64,000 nucleotides of DNA from Hydrolagus colliei (taxonomy: Eukaryota). A program made the position numbers and the translations under genes. The notes under the pieces are model-generated. The model was not told the origin of the DNA. It did no database searches and saw only the letters and a program-made list of their open reading frames with translations. Below, piece by piece: positions 60,601-64,000 of the stretch; positions within the stretch are counted from its first letter, which is position 1, and every line of letters begins with the position of its first letter. The stretch is taken from the NCBI GenBank assembly GCA_035084275.1, contig CM068771.1, positions 4,340,001-4,404,000 of the forward strand, read 5' to 3'.

Positions 60601-61639
60601 CTCCCACCTAGTTTAGGGAGTGGATTTAAAAGTCACATAGGAAGGAGGAGCGAGGCCATGGAGGGCTTTGAAGGTGGGGAACAGGATCCTGAACTATATC
60701 CTCTAAGCGATGGGGGAGCCAATGGAGTCGGGAAAGGGCGAGAAAGGGGCTGATAGTGTCGCTGATCTCAGTGCAGAGAGGACACGGGCTGCAGAGATCC
60801 TCACAACCCTTTCCTCCCTCTATACGTTCTACAAATGTAATGTTGTTGTTGTTGTTGCTTCCTGTCCTGGCCTGTTTATTCATACCTCGGTGTAGCTCCT
60901 GTGATTCCCTTTGTTTGTAAAATACAGAATAAACCGTCTCGTGTTTGTACATGGAACAGCGTGAAGCTCTTGTCAGTCTGACATTGGCAGCCGTAATTAT
61001 AATATCAGCAACAGGCCATCAGCACTAAACACACCCAGCCCCATTCACATCGGGCTCTGCTCCTCAACAGTGATAGTGGTGTGGACAGTAGACTGAGGCC
61101 ACGGAAGGCTTTGAAGATTCCCACTCCCCTTCGTCACTTTTTACCCAGCAGCAATTAGCAGTCTAATGTTGTGTTCTTTCTGATTTTGTTCATCGAACCT
61201 TTTCAATGTCCCCCCCACCCTCCCATTCTGGGTTTGAAATCCATTCTTTGTTCTGTAAGTGTAATGTAGAGCGGGAATAAAACTTGGGCAAGTTTCCTCA
61301 CTCCACACGCCTGATAACAACCTGCCCCCCCCAAAAACACACTAATAAAAATACCATAAGAACATAACATAAGTAGGAGCAGGAATAGGCTATTCAGCCC
61401 ATCGAGCCTGCCCTGCCATTCAATCATGGCTGATATTCTACTCTAACTCCAGCTCCCTGCCTTATCCCCACACCCCTTAATCATTTTATAAATCAGAAAC
61501 CTATCAATCTCAGCCTTGAATATGTTCAAGGACTGAGCATCCACAGCCCTTTGGGGTAGAGAATTCTATACATTAACCATCCTCTGAGCGAAGAAGTTTT
61601 TTCTCCAGGCTCCGCAATTATCTTACCCCCCGCGCTGCC

Positions 61640-62252
61640 GAAACACTCGTGCACGCGTACATCACCTCAAGGCTGGACTACGGAAACTCTCTCCTCGTCG
61701 GCCTCCCCAGTTCCTCCATTCACAGGCTGCAGATCATCCAAAACTCTGCAGCCCGTGTACTATCCCGCACCCGCCTCCGCGACCATATAACCCCCACCCT
61801 CGCCCGTCTCCACTGGCTCCCCATCCTCCAGAGGATCGAGTTCAAGATCCTCGTCCTCACCTTCAAGGCCTTACATGGCCTTGCCCCGCCCTATTTAACC
61901 AATCTACTTTCCCCCTACAAGCCCACCTGGACCCGTTCAACAGGACTTGGCCTGCTCCAAGCCCCCGCCCGAACCGCCCCACCATCGGAGGCCGGGCCTT
62001 CAGTTTCTCCGCTCCCACCCTATGGAATGCCATCCCTCAATCCCTCCGTCTCGTTTCTTCCCTTTCCTCTTTCAAGGCCGGTTTGAAGACTTTACTCTTC
62101 GATCGTGCCTTTTGTTCCCCCCGAATTTTTCAACCTCCCCTTCGTGTCTCACCCCTTCCCAAACACTCCCCTCTCAGCTCGGGTCACACGCCTCCTGTGC
62201 AGCGCCTTGGGACATCCTCCCGACGTGAAAGGCGCTTTATAAGTTTAAGTTG
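61640..62252 (+). mobile_element. L2 LINE ORF2 3' end, well preserved
   Basis: HAYITSRLDYGNSLLVGLPSSSIHRLQIIQNSAARVLSRTRLRDHITPTLARLHWLPILQRIEFKIL; tail GTGAAAGGCGCT. Confidence 0.9.
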
Positions 62253-63637
62253 NNNNNNNNNNNNNNNNNNNNNNNNNNNNNNNNNNNNNNNNNNNNNNNN
62301 NNNNNNNNNNNNNNNNNNNNNNNNNNNNNNNNNNNNNNNNNNNNNNNNNNNNNNNNNNNNNNNNNNNNNNNNNNNNNNNNNNNNNNNNNNNNNNNNNNNN
62401 NNNNNNNNNNNNNNNNNNNNNNNNNNNNNNNNNNNNNNNNNNNNNNNNNNNNNNNNNNNNNNNNNNNNNNNNNNNNNNNNNNNNNNNNNNNNNNNNNNNN
62501 NNNNNNNNNNNNNNNNNNNNNNNNNNNNNNNNNNNNNNNNNNNNNNNNNNNNNNNNNNNNNNNNNNNNNNNNNNNNNNNNNNNNNNNNNNNNNNNNNNNN
62601 NNNNNNNNNNNNNNNNNNNNNNNNNNNNNNNNNNNNNNNNNNNNNNNNNNNNNNNNNNNNNNNNNNNNNNNNNNNNNNNNNNNNNNNNNNNNNNNNNNNN
62701 NNNNNNGGGTAGGTAGGTGGGGGGGTGGGTAGGTAGGTAGGTGNNNNNNNNNNNNNNNNNNNNNNNNNNNNNNNNNNNNNNNNNNNNNNNNNNNNNNNNN
62801 NNNNNNNNNNNNNNNNNNNNNNNNNNNNNNNNNNNNNNNNNNNNNNNNNNNNNNNNNNNNNNNNNNNNNNNNNNGGGTGTGTGGGTAGGTGTACAACTAT
62901 TACCATGACTTTCATTCATGATTAAAGATATAAACGTTCACTGTGGAGATTAGTTTAATCAAAAGTTACTGGAAGACGTTTAAATACCTTTGCCGGCCCT
63001 GCCGACAATATCTCATCAAGAATATTCATTGCTGTTTAGTTGCAACACCTGGAAAACCATGAAAACAATGACTATGAAGCAGAAGTGACTGTCTGGGCGG
63101 AGGAGGGAATAGTAATTTGAGTATTGGCTTGAGATTGGCTCATTGAGCAGCGGGGAGTCACCAATATAACCAGTGACACTCAACAGCTCATCCTCAACAC
63201 GACTCACAGCAAAGAGGGCTCAGTAAGTAACATTGATGTTTAACTGTNNNNNNNNNNNNNNNNNNNNNNNNNNNNNNNNNNNNNNNNNNNNNNNNNNNNN
63301 NNNNNNNNNNNNNNNNNNNNNNNNNNNNNNNNNNNNNNNNNNNNNNNNNNNNNNNNNNNNNNNNNNNNNNNNNNNNNNNNNNNNNNNNNNNNNNNNNNNN
63401 NNNNNNNNNNNNNNNNNNNNNNNNNNNNNNNNNNNNNNNNNNNNNNNNNNNNNNNNNNNNNNNNNNNNNNNNNNNNNNNNNNNNNNNNNNNNNNNNNNNN
63501 NNNNNNNNNNNNNNNNNNNNNNNNNNNNNNNNNNNNNNNNNNNNNNNNNNNNNNNNNNNNNNNNNNNNNNNNNNNNNNNNNNNNNNNNNNNNNNNNNNNN
63601 NNNNNNNNNNNNNNNNNNNNNNNNNNNNNNNNNNNNN

Positions 63638-64000
63638 ATGAGGGAGTGTGTGTGAGGGAGTGTGTGTGTGTGAGGGAGTGTGTGATCTGTGGGGGTTGTT
63701 CTGTGCTGTGAGATCAGCTCGTCTCTCACAGTGACAGGGTTTCCTTCTTTCCTTTCTTTATGGTCGGTAAGGAGATAGACAGGTGGGTGGGGGTAAGTAA
63801 CATTGATGTTTAACTGTTTCAGATTATTTAACAATATGTGTGTGCGTGTGTGTGAGGGAGTGTGTGTGTGAGGGAGTGTGTGTGTGAGGGAGTGTGTGTG
63901 TGAGGGAGTGTGTGTGTGTGTGTGAGGGAGTGTGTATGAGGGAGTGTGTGTGTGTGTGGGTGAGGGAGTGTGTATGAGGGAGTGTGTGTGTGTGTGGGTG
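63638..64000. repeat. (GT)n/TGAGGGAG compound microsatellite
   Basis: Read directly; flanked by N gaps. Confidence 0.9.

Noticed and set aside
63016-63207. Minus-strand ORF with tyrosines and a hydrophobic end
   Set aside because: No convincing splice context or family motif; lies between gaps.

Overview
Vertebrate genomic window with several N gaps. The repeat landscape (Deu-domain tRNA SINEs, L2 and CR1 fragments, Tigger/pogo and hAT MITEs) suggests a cartilaginous fish; that is an inference. Gene order: intronless inducible-type HSP70 (+) behind an array of heat-shock elements; an intact pogo/Tigger-derived TIGD-like ORF with a broken catalytic triad (-), head-to-head with a 6-exon RING-Bbox-coiled-coil-B30.2 TRIM gene (+); a complete 7-exon butyrophilin (signal-IgV-IgC-TM-heptads-B30.2, +); an orphan butyrophilin-derived module (TM exon with a deleted core plus an intact B30.2 exon, no Ig exons, +); a second TRIM paralog (-); and a CD2/SLAM-family IgV-IgC2-TM gene (+). 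I rebuilt the exons by hand from GT-AG signals, and the phases close in frame for both TRIMs and the butyrophilin. The most interesting signals are (i) a B30.2 cluster with patchwork sequence exchange between TRIM and butyrophilin genes, (ii) a possible interferon-inducible, N-myristoylated, Ig-less B30.2 protein derived from a butyrophilin TM exon, partly copied in inverted orientation upstream of the second TRIM, and (iii) an MHC/MHC-paralogon-like gene combination.
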